The notes under the pieces: generated by a model | The model's database searches: none | Seen by the model: the letters and a program-made list of their open reading frames with translations, nothing else | What the model was told of the DNA's origin: nothing | Source of the DNA: a virus | Direction: 5' to 3' (one strand) | Virus record (IMG/VR): IMGVR_UViG_3300035179_000003 | Coordinates: 16,023 to 80,022 of that record | Length of the DNA: 64,000 nucleotides | Shown: positions 39,733-50,362 of the stretch, in pieces | How the letters are laid out: each line of letters starts with the position of its first letter | How positions within the stretch are numbered: the stretch's first letter is position 1 | Position numbers and translations under genes: made by a program

Positions 39733-41089
39733 AATTAATAAACATTTTTGTTAATAATCCATAAAATGTAGAAACCTTCTCAAGGTTTTTTTCAACATCC
39801 ATTGTATAAAATGCGGGTGCGCGCAATGCGCCTGAAGAATATTGTTGTGGAGATTTAACCCTGGCAACCATTCCAACATAATTTTCCGGATGAGCCAACA
39901 TGTCTTTTCGTTTTTCCTGAGTGAAACCTGTACCGACATTGCCAACAATTTTACCTTTTGGCGTCAAACTATACTGAAAACCACCGGCTTCATTCTTTTT
40001 TACTTGTGGATAAATATTCCGTATATAAACGTCATGGGTATCCCGGAATTTTTGCTTTCTTGGCGAACCGCCCGGTTTATTTAAATCCCACTCGACGACG
40101 CCTTCAACGGTATCCGGATGTTTTTGTTTCTGTATTTTATTAAGCAGATCCTGTTTGTCCTTTTGTGTTATGACAGTTTCAGCAACACGCATCGCAGGAA
40201 TCTTTAATTCTACCTGTTTCATCATTTTCAACTTATCGGCATAAGGCGCGCTCGAAACATCCTTGCCTTTAAATTTTACTATATCGAAAATATATGGTTT
40301 GAGCGGAGCTGTTTGTTTTTGTTTTTCCAAACTCTTATCAACATTTGAATTTAATATTCCACTGATTTGTTCTGCAGGAAGAGGGCCTTTGGACGTTGTT
40401 CCATATAAATCACCCCTCAATACCGTTCCGCTCAATGATTCAGGAACTTTTAAATCGCGTAAATGTGGAACCTGATTAGTATGTTCAATGGGTTTGCCGG
40501 TTTTTTTACTGGTACGATATGAGTAAATATCATTTTCTTTATTAGCATTTAATTGAAATATTGAATGACTGCCATCGACCTTTGGTTGTAAAACTTTATT
40601 TTCATCGGAAAAATCCAATGATTTTTTAACGGTTTGATATTTTGGCTTTGAAGTAACGGGATTTTTAATTACTGACGTCTTAATCATCAGCCAATGTTTA
40701 TCATCAGCGCCTTTTGGACGTATCATTGTAAAATAACCTTCAGGCAACTTCATTTTAATTTTATCATTCGTCGCTGAAATAACTTTTATTTTTTCATCAT
40801 ATACTTTTTTAACTGTCCCGGCGCCATATCCCTTTTTAATCTTTCCCTCAAAATCCATATAGCTTGATAAATGTGTAGGCTGTCGTATAGCAAGAGTTTT
40901 CTGTTTTTCACCAGGCAATGATCTGGTTACCCAACTATGTGCAATTCCTTTATCTTTTAAACGTATATCATAATGTTCGGTTTTTGCTTTGTGTTTTTGA
41001 ACAACAAGACGCGTGGTACCTTTTTGATTTATAGGATCAAATCTGGTACGGGAGGGGAGGCCTGGGGCATCATGTTTATTTTCATCCAT
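39731..41089 (-). CDS. LigD-type 3'-phosphoesterase fused to ATP-dependent DNA ligase
   Basis: PE motif VVQKH.A...HYDIRL...HSW...Y.DFEG.I..GYGAG.V; ligase KVDG, FDI, EGVV; OB fold VGTGF, LRAP. Confidence 0.8.
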   Translation of the reverse strand: MDENKHDAPGLPSRTRFDPINQKGTTRLVVQKHKAKTEHYDIRLKDKGIAHSWVTRSLPGEKQKTLAIRQPTHLSSYMDFEGKIKKGYGAGTVKKVYDEKIKVISATNDKIKMKLPEGYFTMIRPKGADDKHWLMIKTSVIKNPVTSKPKYQTVKKSLDFSDENKVLQPKVDGSHSIFQLNANKENDIYSYRTSKKTGKPIEHTNQVPHLRDLKVPESLSGTVLRGDLYGTTSKGPLPAEQISGILNSNVDKSLEKQKQTAPLKPYIFDIVKFKGKDVSSAPYADKLKMMKQVELKIPAMRVAETVITQKDKQDLLNKIQKQKHPDTVEGVVEWDLNKPGGSPRKQKFRDTHDVYIRNIYPQVKKNEAGGFQYSLTPKGKIVGNVGTGFTQEKRKDMLAHPENYVGMVARVKSPQQYSSGALRAPAFYTMDVEKNLEKVSTFYGLLTKMFIN

Positions 41090-41814
41090 TATCTATAACT
41101 CGCAATTTTATTCGACATGGCGCGCTTTCGTCGCGTTATCCACATATCATTTACGTTCAATTTTTTAGCTATGTCCTTATTACTCAATATCGGTTTGCCG
41201 GCATATCCGAATGTATGCTCGAAAATAACCTTGTCCTTATCTTCCAACTCCTGATATAAATAATCGGCAAGCGCCTTGTCCTTACTTTCGGCCTGCACCG
41301 CGTTTCCGTAAAAATCAAACGACGCCTTGGATGCAGTCGTTTCTCCGCTCAACTCGTTAATCATCCTCGCCGATTCTTTACGGTTCCACCCAAGCTCGTC
41401 TGATATCTGATCGATATTAGGTTCATACCCTAAACGATCGGTGAGATTTATCACTGCCGTGCGAAATGTAGCGCGTTTTAAATTACGCGCTTCTGGTATA
41501 TGGCCGGAAATCAAACTCTCGGAAGCAACGCGCTGCACTTTTTTCAAATTATTATATATATGCGTTATTGGTTGGGTACCCAGAGTCGGATCATAAGAAT
41601 TAAACGCTTTAATCATCTGGGATTGAGCATTAGCCCTTAATGTAGAAGGGGAAACGCCGACCGTGCGATAATGGCCGACAACACTTTCAATGACTGGTTT
41701 ATATCGCATTGATAATTCAGAAAACAGTACGGGATCTTTAGTTTTCTGCCATTGCATAATCATGTCTACTTCATTCATTTTTTGGTATCTACGCAAGGAT
41801 ACCCCGCCCCTCAT
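41089..41814 (-). CDS. Phage sigma-70-family factor
   Basis: Region 2 (AFNSYDP..G..P.THI), region 3 (LGYEP..DQISDELG), region 4 HTH (SNKDIAKKLNV). Confidence 0.75.
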   Translation of the reverse strand: MRGGVSLRRYQKMNEVDMIMQWQKTKDPVLFSELSMRYKPVIESVVGHYRTVGVSPSTLRANAQSQMIKAFNSYDPTLGTQPITHIYNNLKKVQRVASESLISGHIPEARNLKRATFRTAVINLTDRLGYEPNIDQISDELGWNRKESARMINELSGETTASKASFDFYGNAVQAESKDKALADYLYQELEDKDKVIFEHTFGYAGKPILSNKDIAKKLNVNDMWITRRKRAMSNKIASYR

Positions 41815-42077
41815 GGGCAGGAATGAATTGCGCCCTTATGTTAAATAAATTGAACTTGTATTAAAAATTTTTTCTATCCTCTTAATTCCAAAATCAAACT
41901 TGTTTAATCCATCTGTACAAATAACACTTTTTCCATACGAATGACACCCATTTACTGTATACTTTTTTCTTTTAACAAACACAAAATCACCGGGTTGTAT
42001 TGAATATCTTTGTCTACGAATTGAAAGCTTAAAACCTCACGATTCAAGCCCCGACCCTCGTGGTCGGAGTAGTTGAC
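41793..42077 (-). mobile_element. Internally deleted IscB mini-element (285 bp)
   Basis: GTCAACTACTCCGACC hairpin joined to a paralogue of the iscB 3' end and the terminal hairpin GCAATTC...GGGGTATCCTTGC. Confidence 0.85.
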
Positions 42078-44617
42078 TAGGCATTTCGTGTAAATCTCCT
42101 TGAATCAATAACCTTGTCTCTATATCTTTCTACGGCCTCACGTCGCTCTTTAATAAAATACGTTACCGGCATATTTTCATTAATAGTGCTGAAATCTCCA
42201 GGGCCTTTCATTAAGCCGCCATTCTCTTCTTTCAATTCACAAGAATCATCGCTATTCCAAAAATCATTTGTAATCCCATAATAACGATCATAAATGACGG
42301 TATCATCAAAATCTTTAACTCTGGAAATATATTTACCGCCAACAAGCGACGATACCCCAAGAATGCCATGATAAAAAGCATCGGCCGAACAAACGTCCCT
42401 ATAAATATAATCCAAACACCAGCCATAATCAGCCTTCATATTTTTTCTAAGATTAACGACAGCCTCATGAATACTGTCAAACATAAAATATTTTATTTTA
42501 TTGTCTTCGGTATATTCCCCTACCATAAGACTGTTTCTTCTATGACGAAGAACAAGTTTATAAAACCGCGCAATCCTGTTGACTTCATAAACCCGATCAA
42601 GAAACATGGACGTTCTTTTGTTGTTAGAAAAATCATCCTCACTTATAGAAAGTAAATCTTTAGCATAAATATATTCAGGATTTCCAGTTACCGACAAAAC
42701 ATCATACGCCGAATTTTTAGCTTTAGGATTTTTTATAACCATTTGTTTTGGATTTTGAACATAATACGGTTCTTTTTTATACAACATATTATTAATATCA
42801 ATCTCAGCCGTCTTTTTATCTGTCTCTTTCATAAACAGAGGGTTGCCATTTCCATCCATATCTGTCGGGTCATCGACAAAACGCGGATTAGACAACACTA
42901 TACTTGTCGCAGCCTCCCCGCCGGCAGTAGTCATAATAATAGAATGACGCACTTGCTGAACCATACCGATAATATCTTTAATCGGTTTTCCACTATCCGG
43001 TTGAGAACCGGCTATTATAAGAGAAGGGAATCCGCAAATTATAAAAGGATTGAACATCATATCAACCGACGCGACCCTGCCAAGATATTTTGAGTTTAAA
43101 AATTTAATTATAGCATGCCTTTTAATAGCACACTCTTCAAGATTTACCTTTTCACCTGTTCCAAATTTTAATCGCTGTTTTTCCTCATTCTTATTCACAA
43201 TGTCTTCTTCAAGTTTTTTCTTATCGGCTTCAGACATGCCTTTTAAATTTTTTTTAGATTTAAGTCTTTCGTTTAATTTATTAATTTCACTTTGTAATTT
43301 GTCCCGTGTTTTTTTTATCAACATTTTTTCTTCAAGAGTTTTTTCGGCATCGGAACAAGCGAGGGCGTGTTCGATATTATCAAATAAAATATTAACACCC
43401 TTATATTTTTCTTCCTCAGTAATTGGAGGCTTAGAACGATTCAGTTTATCCTGATTGGCAAATTTCGATTTAAATAATTCATTAGGGACCTGATAACTAA
43501 TAGTAAACGGATCACCTTCGGATCCTTCTGAAGACAATAAATCAGTTAATTTAAAATATCCACGAGTATAATCGATATCATAATCCTGCCTCCATTCCAA
43601 CCTATCATACATCGATGGAAACACGATATTGCAATTCGGAGGAGCGGTAAATTCGAGAGGCGGTAAAAGCATCGATTCGTTTATTATATATTTAGCGCCA
43701 AATTCCTTTGGATGTTTATCAACGATAAAACTTCTGACTGATCCTGACATTACAAAATCATTCGATTGTTCCCCCGATTCAACCGGTATTAACGAAGGCG
43801 TATTACATGAATAAACCCTGGTATTGAATAAGGCGCCAAGACGCATAATAGCAGCCTCTACACTAGTGAATACCGCGTTGCCTAATAAATAAGATCCAAG
43901 CGTTGCGTTTGAGTGATTACGATTCCAGAATCTTGTACCCGCCTGATTAACCGGTATTAAAAATTTCTTTTCTACCCGAAGGCGTTTATTTAAAAATGTA
44001 CAAATCGATGTTCCGCCAACCGCTTCAAGCCACAATCCACGAACGACCGCATCAAGAAAATAACCAATATCAGCGCCCTGAAATGCCTGATACGAATACT
44101 CGCCTTGTTTTTGCGGACTGACTTTATAATTTGCCGTTCCCGCAAGAAGATGCACCATATAAGAAATGGTAAACAATTTACTATCGACTTCTTTTATATC
44201 CCCCTTTACCTTACCATCAATTGCATAATTTTGGAAAAGACCCATTTTATAATATACGGTTGAATTACCAAGAGTATCTTCCCCGGTAAACGATAACGCT
44301 GCCGGAGTTTTCCGAATATCCATTCTAAAATCCCGGCATATCATTGTTAATGCCCGGGCTTCGGATGCTTCATCGATTTCATAAAAACTGGAAAACGAAC
44401 CGTCAAAAAATAGTTTCCACTCAGGCCTACTGCCGAACCATTCACGATAAAAAATCTGTATCGCAGTTTTAGGTTTTATATCATAAATATTTTCGCTCGA
44501 ATAAACATTAATACTTGCCTCGTTACCATTTGGCGTGCAGGTAACGGTAGCGCTTTTGAAAGGAATCTCAATACCCTCCATTAATAATTTAAAATCTAAT
44601 TTATAACCCTTGCGCAA
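42077..44617 (-). CDS. Putative baseplate hub-like tail protein (846 aa)
   Basis: Two genes downstream of the tape measure; N-terminal LFFDG..S..Y....L.CRD and MMFNPFI.CGFP hub-like motifs. Confidence 0.5.
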   Translation of the reverse strand: MRKGYKLDFKLLMEGIEIPFKSATVTCTPNGNEASINVYSSENIYDIKPKTAIQIFYREWFGSRPEWKLFFDGSFSSFYEIDEASEARALTMICRDFRMDIRKTPAALSFTGEDTLGNSTVYYKMGLFQNYAIDGKVKGDIKEVDSKLFTISYMVHLLAGTANYKVSPQKQGEYSYQAFQGADIGYFLDAVVRGLWLEAVGGTSICTFLNKRLRVEKKFLIPVNQAGTRFWNRNHSNATLGSYLLGNAVFTSVEAAIMRLGALFNTRVYSCNTPSLIPVESGEQSNDFVMSGSVRSFIVDKHPKEFGAKYIINESMLLPPLEFTAPPNCNIVFPSMYDRLEWRQDYDIDYTRGYFKLTDLLSSEGSEGDPFTISYQVPNELFKSKFANQDKLNRSKPPITEEEKYKGVNILFDNIEHALACSDAEKTLEEKMLIKKTRDKLQSEINKLNERLKSKKNLKGMSEADKKKLEEDIVNKNEEKQRLKFGTGEKVNLEECAIKRHAIIKFLNSKYLGRVASVDMMFNPFIICGFPSLIIAGSQPDSGKPIKDIIGMVQQVRHSIIMTTAGGEAATSIVLSNPRFVDDPTDMDGNGNPLFMKETDKKTAEIDINNMLYKKEPYYVQNPKQMVIKNPKAKNSAYDVLSVTGNPEYIYAKDLLSISEDDFSNNKRTSMFLDRVYEVNRIARFYKLVLRHRRNSLMVGEYTEDNKIKYFMFDSIHEAVVNLRKNMKADYGWCLDYIYRDVCSADAFYHGILGVSSLVGGKYISRVKDFDDTVIYDRYYGITNDFWNSDDSCELKEENGGLMKGPGDFSTINENMPVTYFIKERREAVERYRDKVIDSRRFTRNA

Positions 44618-45380
44618 GATTAAGTCCTATTTCGTTAAGGTTTAATCTTCCAAAATTTGACATGCCGTTAAATCGTTGTTCGTATTTTATTTTACCATTA
44701 CCATCGGAAATAATAATTAAATTATTTCTTACCCAATAAACATTTCTTACAAGAAGAGAGAATGAGAAATCTTTTTTCAAACTTGTTTCTGCGGTTTTAG
44801 TGGCGGAAATATTAATCATATATCCTTCAATAACTTTATTATCGCAGGAAAGATACATACGGGTTTTATTTTCAATACACTTCCTGCCGGCAAGTAATTT
44901 TTCATAAGCTACCATGAATTCCTGATAATACGGATATTCAATACTGTCGATAAATACTCCGTTAAAATTATAGACAGCCGGCCGCTCGCCAAAAAAGAAA
45001 ACATTCCAGCTATTATCAAAGTTCTGATGTATCTTAATAATTTCATCATGGGCTTCACGAACGGCCAAAAGGGAAAAATTATTAAAAACGCCATAATAAT
45101 TATTTACTCCATCAAGAGACGTACCATCTTCCGGAGTCGCAACATAAATATTACCTCCGGGCATATCGTCTTCTTTAATCATAGCGCTTTCGGTAGATTG
45201 GGCCAGCAACTCATTGATTGGAGAAGAAAAATCAGATAGAAAATCTCTTTCATTAATTTTCTCGTCTATTACATTATCAAAATTATCCGTAAATAATATA
45301 ATAGACGATAAATTTTGCGGTTGCTCCGTCATCCCGACTGAATATGGTCTTATTTTAAAATCATCCATTATAATACCCAC
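44601..45380 (-). CDS. Putative tail tube initiator-like protein
   Basis: Follows the tape measure; FFFGERP..Y.F.G..ID motif. Confidence 0.45.
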   Translation of the reverse strand: MGIIMDDFKIRPYSVGMTEQPQNLSSIILFTDNFDNVIDEKINERDFLSDFSSPINELLAQSTESAMIKEDDMPGGNIYVATPEDGTSLDGVNNYYGVFNNFSLLAVREAHDEIIKIHQNFDNSWNVFFFGERPAVYNFNGVFIDSIEYPYYQEFMVAYEKLLAGRKCIENKTRMYLSCDNKVIEGYMINISATKTAETSLKKDFSFSLLVRNVYWVRNNLIIISDGNGKIKYEQRFNGMSNFGRLNLNEIGLNLAQGL

Positions 45381-48300
45381 CTATTATTCCAATAATTAGT
45401 AATTGGAGGATTGACATTTACATATCGACCCTTGCCAGCGTCTCCTGTAACCGATGAAGCCGTTTGATCCATACGTTGTAATGCCTGCGCAGCTACATTA
45501 ATATCTTTAACTTTATCTAAATCAATAATTGATTTACCCAATGCATCTGTAAATATAGATTGGCTTCTTATATCTCCAGCACCCTTTCCCTGTAATATTG
45601 CAATATTTAAAGCCTGCGCCATTTGACCCCTACGCTCTTTTTCGATACTCTCTGTTCCGGCAGCAAATCCCGGATCACGAACAATGTTACTAACTAAACC
45701 TTCCCATGTTTTGGCTTGTGTAAAATATCCTTTGGTTGCACCACTTAATTGGGAAAGCATCCAGGCATTTTCTTTTGCCCATTGCGGGCCGACAATATCT
45801 CTGTTTTGTGAAAATGCACCTCTACCGGTTAAAAGATCAACATAATCACGCCTGAAAGCATCAGTCATTTTGATACCACGACGATCGCCAGCAGCAATAA
45901 AAGCTTGTCCTCTGGCCTCAAGCGCTACAGTAGTGTCTTTCGCAGCTATTTGGTTTCTGGCAGATTCAATGCCGGTAAAAATACTCTCTTTACCTTTAAA
46001 TAATTGCATAAATCGTAATTCATCAGATTTTAATACGCCCGTTTTTCCCGATATTGCCGATAATTCAGCATAACGATTTGCGAGGACGTCCATTCCTACG
46101 CCGGTTTCAGGATTAACGGAAATACCAAAACTTCTTATTTTTTGAACCAACTCATCGTTCCACCCAACATTGGCACCGGCATGACTATAGGGTAAATGCT
46201 CTCTCCATCCTGCAGTTGCCCTGGTCGGTAATTTTCCATAAAACATATTACGCGCGGACGCCTTTAAAACTTCTTTTTCCGTCAATCCAGCCTGCATAGC
46301 ATTTACTAAATAATTAGGCATATCATCGTATTTTTTAAATGCCTTTTCAGCTTCCAAAACTCTTCTTTGTAATTGTGTAATACTATCAGAGTACTTACCG
46401 GACAAGAGACCATCCCGGCGGGCGTTCTCCATTATTCTTTGTTCTTTTTTAAGATTACCAGGAGAAAAATCGAGTTGAACATTATACTCTTTCATCGTAT
46501 TATCTAATTCAAGCTTAGCCTTTTGTCTTTCAGCGCCGGTTTGATTAAAAATCGATATTGAAAATTCAGAAGGGTTCCCTTTCAACGCAGCATAAGCCGT
46601 AGATTTTTCTCCGCCTAACGCGCGAATAACATCCTTGTTAAATGGTAATTCTCCAAGAGTTTGATTAAATGAAGCTGCGCTGGTTGCTTGTAATACGGTT
46701 TCAAGATCTTCGCGTGACATTTTACTTGTATTAAGATATTTTATTCTCGAACCAGTACGCCGAGCGGAAGGAGCTACATTACCCTCAGCAATAACCTTTA
46801 TACCTCTAGCCAAATCTCCATACGTCTCAGCGCCCCAGGCTCTTGCCAATCCAGTTTTTATATCGCCAATGTCTCCACGGCCAAATACAGATGCGCTATA
46901 TGGATCGACAATACCAAGAACCTTACCTCCCCATAACAAACTCTTATCAATAAAGGTACCGGCGCCATAAGATTCAGCGGTCCATTGGGCAAGTTTATTT
47001 GCATTACTCATCATTTTAACGCCCATGTCTTCTCCGGCATCAACAAAACCCTGATAAGTTTTTTGTATCATCCCGGCCAAACCATATGGTTGTATCGGAC
47101 GCCGTTTTAAACCAATCATAGCGTCTTCAACATTAGCGGTAGCGTTCATTATCTCATATCCCTTCGGACCAATTAAATAATCGGATACTAATCGACGCTC
47201 CCGCTGATCATTCGTGCCTAGGCCGGCAAATACCCATGCTTTAGCCTCTTCGGTTCCCGGTTTATGTGAACCCCATGCCTTAAATAAATCCATCATTGCT
47301 GCATCACGTTGCCATCCTTTAATTCTTGGATCATTCCAGAAGTCTTCTTTGCGTTTTTCAAATAAAACACGATTCGGACCCATGGCATAACCAAGACGAC
47401 CGGCGCCGCTAACCATTTCATAAGCACCAACCCCGCCGGCAGTTAATTTATTTAATTTATCAAAATTAATCGTTCCATCCGGATTCATCGCGTATGCAGT
47501 CATTTTCGTTCCCATTCCTGACGACATCATATTCATCTGGAACCGAGCTATCGCGCCGCCGGCGGCAGCTACGCCACCCGCACGATCAACAACATATTGC
47601 CCTCCCATGCTCGCCTTTGCCATAAGCGCCGCCTGCGCAGCACCCTGTTGATACATATTAGCGCCAACAGCAGCCGAATACGGAGTTCCCTGAACAGCCT
47701 GGGCCCCCGCCGCGCCTATCATCATCATATTTTCGGCGCCCATGCCGGTAATTCCGCCAAACGCCTTTACCTGAAGAACTTGATTACGCACATCCTTTAA
47801 CGATCTGAATCCGGTATTCTGCAGATTTTTAATAACCGACATACCACCTTCGATCGTAGTCTGCAAAAGCTTAACAACGTCTTCGGTCGTTTTTTTAAGA
47901 TCTTCGAAGTTTTGTTGATATTGTTTCATCGTACCAGCGTCGGCGCCCCAACCGCGCGCGTTAAGCATATTGTTCGATATCGCTATTTTATGAATACGCA
48001 TTTGCTGTTCGCGGTTAAAAAATTGACCGGTTCCATTAAGCGGCCCTTCACCTGTGCCGGGATCCATCCCTGTCACCAATCTTCCGGCAAGCATTGAAGA
48101 TTCATTGTATGATAATGGTGAATTAAACCCAAGACGTGAACGATACTGATCAAGATCAAGCGACATACTTTGCATTAATTTCTGACGTTCTATAGTTCTT
48201 TCAATACCCTTTTCAATAAAATGAGCAGGAATGGCGCCAATAGCTAATGATGCCGCCATGGCAGGAACAAAGGGCACTTTTAATGCTAGTAACATTAAAT

Positions 48301-48631
48301 CTATTGCCGTGGAAGGCGCAAAATTAGCAAAACCTGTTGCTATTCCAGCAGAGCGTCCTATCCTTGCCATTTCAGCCTGCCGTTGATAATATCTGGTAGA
48401 TTGATCGTTATAAACACCATATTGATATTCGCCATGCGCCATTGACCGTTGCTGTATTGGGGTTAAATCTTGCGGAGTAATGGTATTTTGGGCATATTGA
48501 GATATCATCTGATAACGCAGCATATCCTGGTATCTGATGCGATTGTCAAAACTGGCAAAAGGATCTATATTCCCAGGACGCCCACTGTTTATTGGACCAT
48601 AAGCATTGGGTGGAAGTTGTTCATCAGCCAT
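45368..48631 (-). CDS. Probable tape measure protein (1087 aa)
   Basis: Ala/Gly/Met-rich helical ORF lying between a frameshifted chaperone and tail-tip genes. Confidence 0.65.
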   Translation of the reverse strand: MADEQLPPNAYGPINSGRPGNIDPFASFDNRIRYQDMLRYQMISQYAQNTITPQDLTPIQQRSMAHGEYQYGVYNDQSTRYYQRQAEMARIGRSAGIATGFANFAPSTAIDLMLLALKVPFVPAMAASLAIGAIPAHFIEKGIERTIERQKLMQSMSLDLDQYRSRLGFNSPLSYNESSMLAGRLVTGMDPGTGEGPLNGTGQFFNREQQMRIHKIAISNNMLNARGWGADAGTMKQYQQNFEDLKKTTEDVVKLLQTTIEGGMSVIKNLQNTGFRSLKDVRNQVLQVKAFGGITGMGAENMMMIGAAGAQAVQGTPYSAAVGANMYQQGAAQAALMAKASMGGQYVVDRAGGVAAAGGAIARFQMNMMSSGMGTKMTAYAMNPDGTINFDKLNKLTAGGVGAYEMVSGAGRLGYAMGPNRVLFEKRKEDFWNDPRIKGWQRDAAMMDLFKAWGSHKPGTEEAKAWVFAGLGTNDQRERRLVSDYLIGPKGYEIMNATANVEDAMIGLKRRPIQPYGLAGMIQKTYQGFVDAGEDMGVKMMSNANKLAQWTAESYGAGTFIDKSLLWGGKVLGIVDPYSASVFGRGDIGDIKTGLARAWGAETYGDLARGIKVIAEGNVAPSARRTGSRIKYLNTSKMSREDLETVLQATSAASFNQTLGELPFNKDVIRALGGEKSTAYAALKGNPSEFSISIFNQTGAERQKAKLELDNTMKEYNVQLDFSPGNLKKEQRIMENARRDGLLSGKYSDSITQLQRRVLEAEKAFKKYDDMPNYLVNAMQAGLTEKEVLKASARNMFYGKLPTRATAGWREHLPYSHAGANVGWNDELVQKIRSFGISVNPETGVGMDVLANRYAELSAISGKTGVLKSDELRFMQLFKGKESIFTGIESARNQIAAKDTTVALEARGQAFIAAGDRRGIKMTDAFRRDYVDLLTGRGAFSQNRDIVGPQWAKENAWMLSQLSGATKGYFTQAKTWEGLVSNIVRDPGFAAGTESIEKERRGQMAQALNIAILQGKGAGDIRSQSIFTDALGKSIIDLDKVKDINVAAQALQRMDQTASSVTGDAGKGRYVNVNPPITNYWNNRWVL

Positions 48632-48693
48632 GATATAAATATAGTTATTTTATGAAAAAATCGGGTATAATTATTATAAGAAAGGAGTTTCTT

Positions 48694-48906
48694 ATGATAG
48701 ATACGAAATTATTAAATGAAGTTTATTCGGAGTTGTTAAATTACAAACGGCATGATATAATAGCAATTCTTAATGCCGCGGAATCCGGCAAGCTGATCGG
48801 AAAAAAGGTTATTGTTCATATAAACAATACTCCCCAACAAATAATCATCGTGTTAGTTGCATTTTTAAAAGAACACGAAGTTAAGGTTGAGATATGCCAA
48901 GAATGA
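48694..48906 (+). CDS. Hypothetical protein
   Basis: RBS AGGAG downstream of the promoter motif. Confidence 0.6.
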   Translation: MIDTKLLNEVYSELLNYKRHDIIAILNAAESGKLIGKKVIVHINNTPQQIIIVLVAFLKEHEVKVEICQE

Positions 48907-49097
48907 AATGCCTTGACAGTACCTGGAAATTTGTCCATGGAAAAAGTATAAAAGACCCTGAACTGACAAAAAATAAGTTCTACAGGCTTACAGAAAGAAA
49001 CGTTCAGGTAATGACAAAAGAATCCATGGTGAGCCTCGTCGGTGATTCTGGCGAGGAAATTACAAGACCAAAACATTTATTTAAAATCTTTAAATGA
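48894..49097 (+). CDS. Hypothetical protein
   Basis: 67 aa, coupled. Confidence 0.5.
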   Translation: MPRMKCLDSTWKFVHGKSIKDPELTKNKFYRLTERNVQVMTKESMVSLVGDSGEEITRPKHLFKIFK

Positions 49098-49645
49098 GGA
49101 GAATAGTTATGAAAACCATAATCATAATACTTATTACCATAATAATCACACTTGGCAATAAGTTAACAAAACAAGAAGACGAGTATTTAAAAGATTGGGA
49201 AAATAAAAAAAATACTCCGTCAATAATAATCGATTCTATTATTCCCGATACAACGACTTATGGATGGGATAAGGTTTATAATTATGTCCTAATAAGCGAC
49301 AGTATCCAGAGGATTATAGATTCCCTTGATAAAAAAACCATTATATTATATGAGTTAATGTACAAAAGTTCCAAGTACTTTCATACACTCAACGATCTGA
49401 ATTTATCAGATCAGAAAAGATATTTCGACTATTTATTAAAATACAAAAAAACAGATACGTTAAGAGTGTATATCGCCCTTGATATACTCATACGAATTTT
49501 AGAATATGAGTATAATATCTCTATCATTATCATGGAAAATCAAACCGGAAATGCAAAGGCCCGGTCGTTTCTCCATGTTAAAGCAAGGGAAAATGATTTA
49601 ATTATAATGAAAAAATATAAAAACTACCTAAGGAGGGAAAAGTGA
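49094..49645 (+). CDS. Hypothetical exported/membrane-anchored protein
   Basis: MKTIIIILITIIITLG hydrophobic N-terminus. Confidence 0.6.
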   Translation: MRRIVMKTIIIILITIIITLGNKLTKQEDEYLKDWENKKNTPSIIIDSIIPDTTTYGWDKVYNYVLISDSIQRIIDSLDKKTIILYELMYKSSKYFHTLNDLNLSDQKRYFDYLLKYKKTDTLRVYIALDILIRILEYEYNISIIIMENQTGNAKARSFLHVKARENDLIIMKKYKNYLRREK

Positions 49646-49935
49646 AAATATTAATAATTATATTAATCCTTCTATTTGGATGCCAGCCGGTTCTCTACCA
49701 AAGAGAACCGATCGAGATAATCGATTGCGCGTTCAAATACAATCAAAGAGTAGCGAAACTCCCGGTAGTTGTCGGAAAGTTTTATGTGACAAGGACCGAA
49801 TATTATATTACTTTGGTTGACTCTACCTCATACACAATCATGGTGGATGAGGAAGAATTTAATAAAATAAAAAAGGGAGAATGGTATGTTAAAGGAAAGT
49901 ATACAACGAAAGATTTGGAGCAGAGTAGAAAATAA
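49642..49935 (+). CDS. Putative lipoprotein
   Basis: MKILIIILILLFGC lipobox. Confidence 0.6.
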   Translation: MKILIIILILLFGCQPVLYQREPIEIIDCAFKYNQRVAKLPVVVGKFYVTRTEYYITLVDSTSYTIMVDEEEFNKIKKGEWYVKGKYTTKDLEQSRK

Positions 49936-50094
49936 AATCCTTACCCGGTGTTATCGGAAAGGAGTTAATGGATTCATATTCGTTGATAAACTAATGTTGA
50001 ATGTAGACGGAATTGGATATCTCTCTGGACACAAACCATTACTGGTTTATATTCCAAAACATATCGTAAAATTAATTTCTGCGTCTTAAAGGAT

Positions 50095-50132
50095 GCCGGT
50101 AAGGGAAAGAAAGGCAAAGACACCTTACCGGC
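50095..50132. terminator. Hairpin between convergent units, directly after the stand-alone guide
   Basis: GCCGGTAAGG/CCTTACCGGC perfect 10-bp stem. Confidence 0.55.
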
Positions 50133-50322
50133 TCCGCAGAAAACACCGTAGTTGACATCCTCTGCCGGGGATTTATCCCCGCAGATTCCTGGGACTAATT
50201 ATGCAAAGCACAAGTAGCACCAAGTTGGTTCACGCTTCGACAGAGTGTGCGTCTGGGAGCCGAAGCCCTCAGACGTCTTACCCCTCCTCCACGCGCAGTC
50301 ACCGAGTGTCCCTCGGCCATGT
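50132..50322 (-). ncRNA. Stand-alone TnpB omegaRNA: scaffold 50322-50152 plus guide CTACGGTGTTTTCTGCGGAG
   Basis: 171 bp identical to 51379-51549, ends in TCAA, different 3' flank, upstream TATATT element. Confidence 0.8.
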
Positions 50323-50362
50323 ATAATAATATAATTCAAAGAAGGGTAGGTAGCGATAAATA

